34,269 nt of DNA, taken from assembly GCF_001194135.2 (NCBI RefSeq), contig NC_068995.1, positions 11,053,885 to 11,088,153 of the forward strand, read 5' to 3'. This document shows, piece after piece, positions 33,472 through 34,269 of this stretch (the stretch's first letter is position 1; each line of letters begins with the position of its first letter). Made by a program: the position numbers and the translations under genes. This DNA is from Octopus bimaculoides. Lineage: Eukaryota. The notes beneath the pieces are model-generated. The model made no database searches. It saw only the letters and a list, made by a program, of their open reading frames with translations, and was not told the origin of the DNA.

Positions 33472-34098
33472 TATATAGATGTATATGTGTGTTTGTGTTT
33501 GTTTTCCCAGCATCAGTTGACAACCGGTTGGTTTGTTTACGTTTCCTTCACTTAGCGCTTCGTCAAAAAAAAAAAATTGATGTTACACTTATTGCTTGCG
33601 TTCCCGTAACTTAACGTCTCGTCATGACAGACAGATATAACACTTAAAAATAAGTACAGGGATCAATCTGTTCAACTAAATCATTCAAGGCAGTGCTCCA
33701 GCATGGTCGAATGCCATGATCATCGGCAAAGTCTGCGTCATAAACTAAAATGTATTCGGTTATAGAGCTTCGGAATGGACTAATGAGAGAATAGTGTGCG
33801 ATTTTGTATTTGTCTATTCAGTCACAGCTAGCAGAAGGTAGTTGTTTGAGAGTTCGACATATCATCTATAAAGCTTCTTAATAAAACTTGCTGAATTCAA
33901 GGTTCAGACGATTCCTGAGGTAATTTGATGTTATCTGCAAGAATCGCATGTTTCTAGAAATTCCTGTGTTGCCAGTTGTGGCCTAAATTGATGGTTATTT
34001 GTCTATTTCGCTTAGAATATGATTACACATTGTTTTTTGTGGAAGAGAAGGTGAAAGAGTAAAATGAAGTCAAAGATAGATGAAATGAATAGACAGAT

Positions 34099-34099
<1 letters not shown>

Positions 34100-34146
<47 letters not shown>
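34100..34146. repeat. (GA)n microsatellite
   Basis: Direct inspection. Confidence 0.95.
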
Positions 34147-34150
<4 letters not shown>

Positions 34151-34269
34151 GGAGGAGGAGCAAAAAACAAACTTGAGAACGTGTTTGAAGAGTATTTTCT
34201 GTGTAAGAAATCACACACACATATACATATATGCGTGTGTATGTGCATACATACGTAAGAACACACACA

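Larger units (their letters stand above)
32812..33720 (+). mobile_element. SINE family B split by two mariner MITE insertions
   Basis: The head and CTTGGGCAAGTGTCTT resume as TACTATAGCTCCGGGCC after the first insert. The tail CAGTGCTCCAGCATGG lies near 33690-33706. Confidence 0.8.

Noticed and set aside
1-34269. CRISPR arrays, rRNA, true tRNA genes, operon-like structure
   Set aside because: None seen. The tRNA-like A/B boxes belong to SINE heads without a cloverleaf, and the DNA is eukaryotic.

Overview
This is AT-rich, repeat-dense eukaryotic DNA from a gapped short-read assembly (7 N-gaps). The repeat families and microsatellite load best fit an octopus (coleoid cephalopod) genome, recognised from memory of those repeats rather than by a database search. 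No multi-exon gene could be identified with confidence. Most ORFs in the supplied track are microsatellite or N-gap artefacts. The window is dominated by two tRNA-derived SINE families: family A (about 25 copies, including a six-copy head-to-tail array) and a CORE-type family B (about 10 copies). It also holds a third SINE-like family, two mariner-derived MITEs nested in one SINE, a probable hAT-like MITE, a LINE 3' tail, an RTE 5' relic and Penelope-type tails. The most notable leads are: (1) a near-complete hammerhead ribozyme fold at 11030-11095, plus two decayed copies; (2) a minus-strand exon that would encode a signal peptide and is phase-compatible with two Asp-rich blocks, suggesting a hypothetical secreted acidic peptide; (3) a 30/33-nt minisatellite that keeps a codon register (HGDNDINVGIQ); (4) closely spaced inverted SINE pairs that could form dsRNA for A-to-I editing. 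Repeat boundaries are approximate, to about 5-10 nt.
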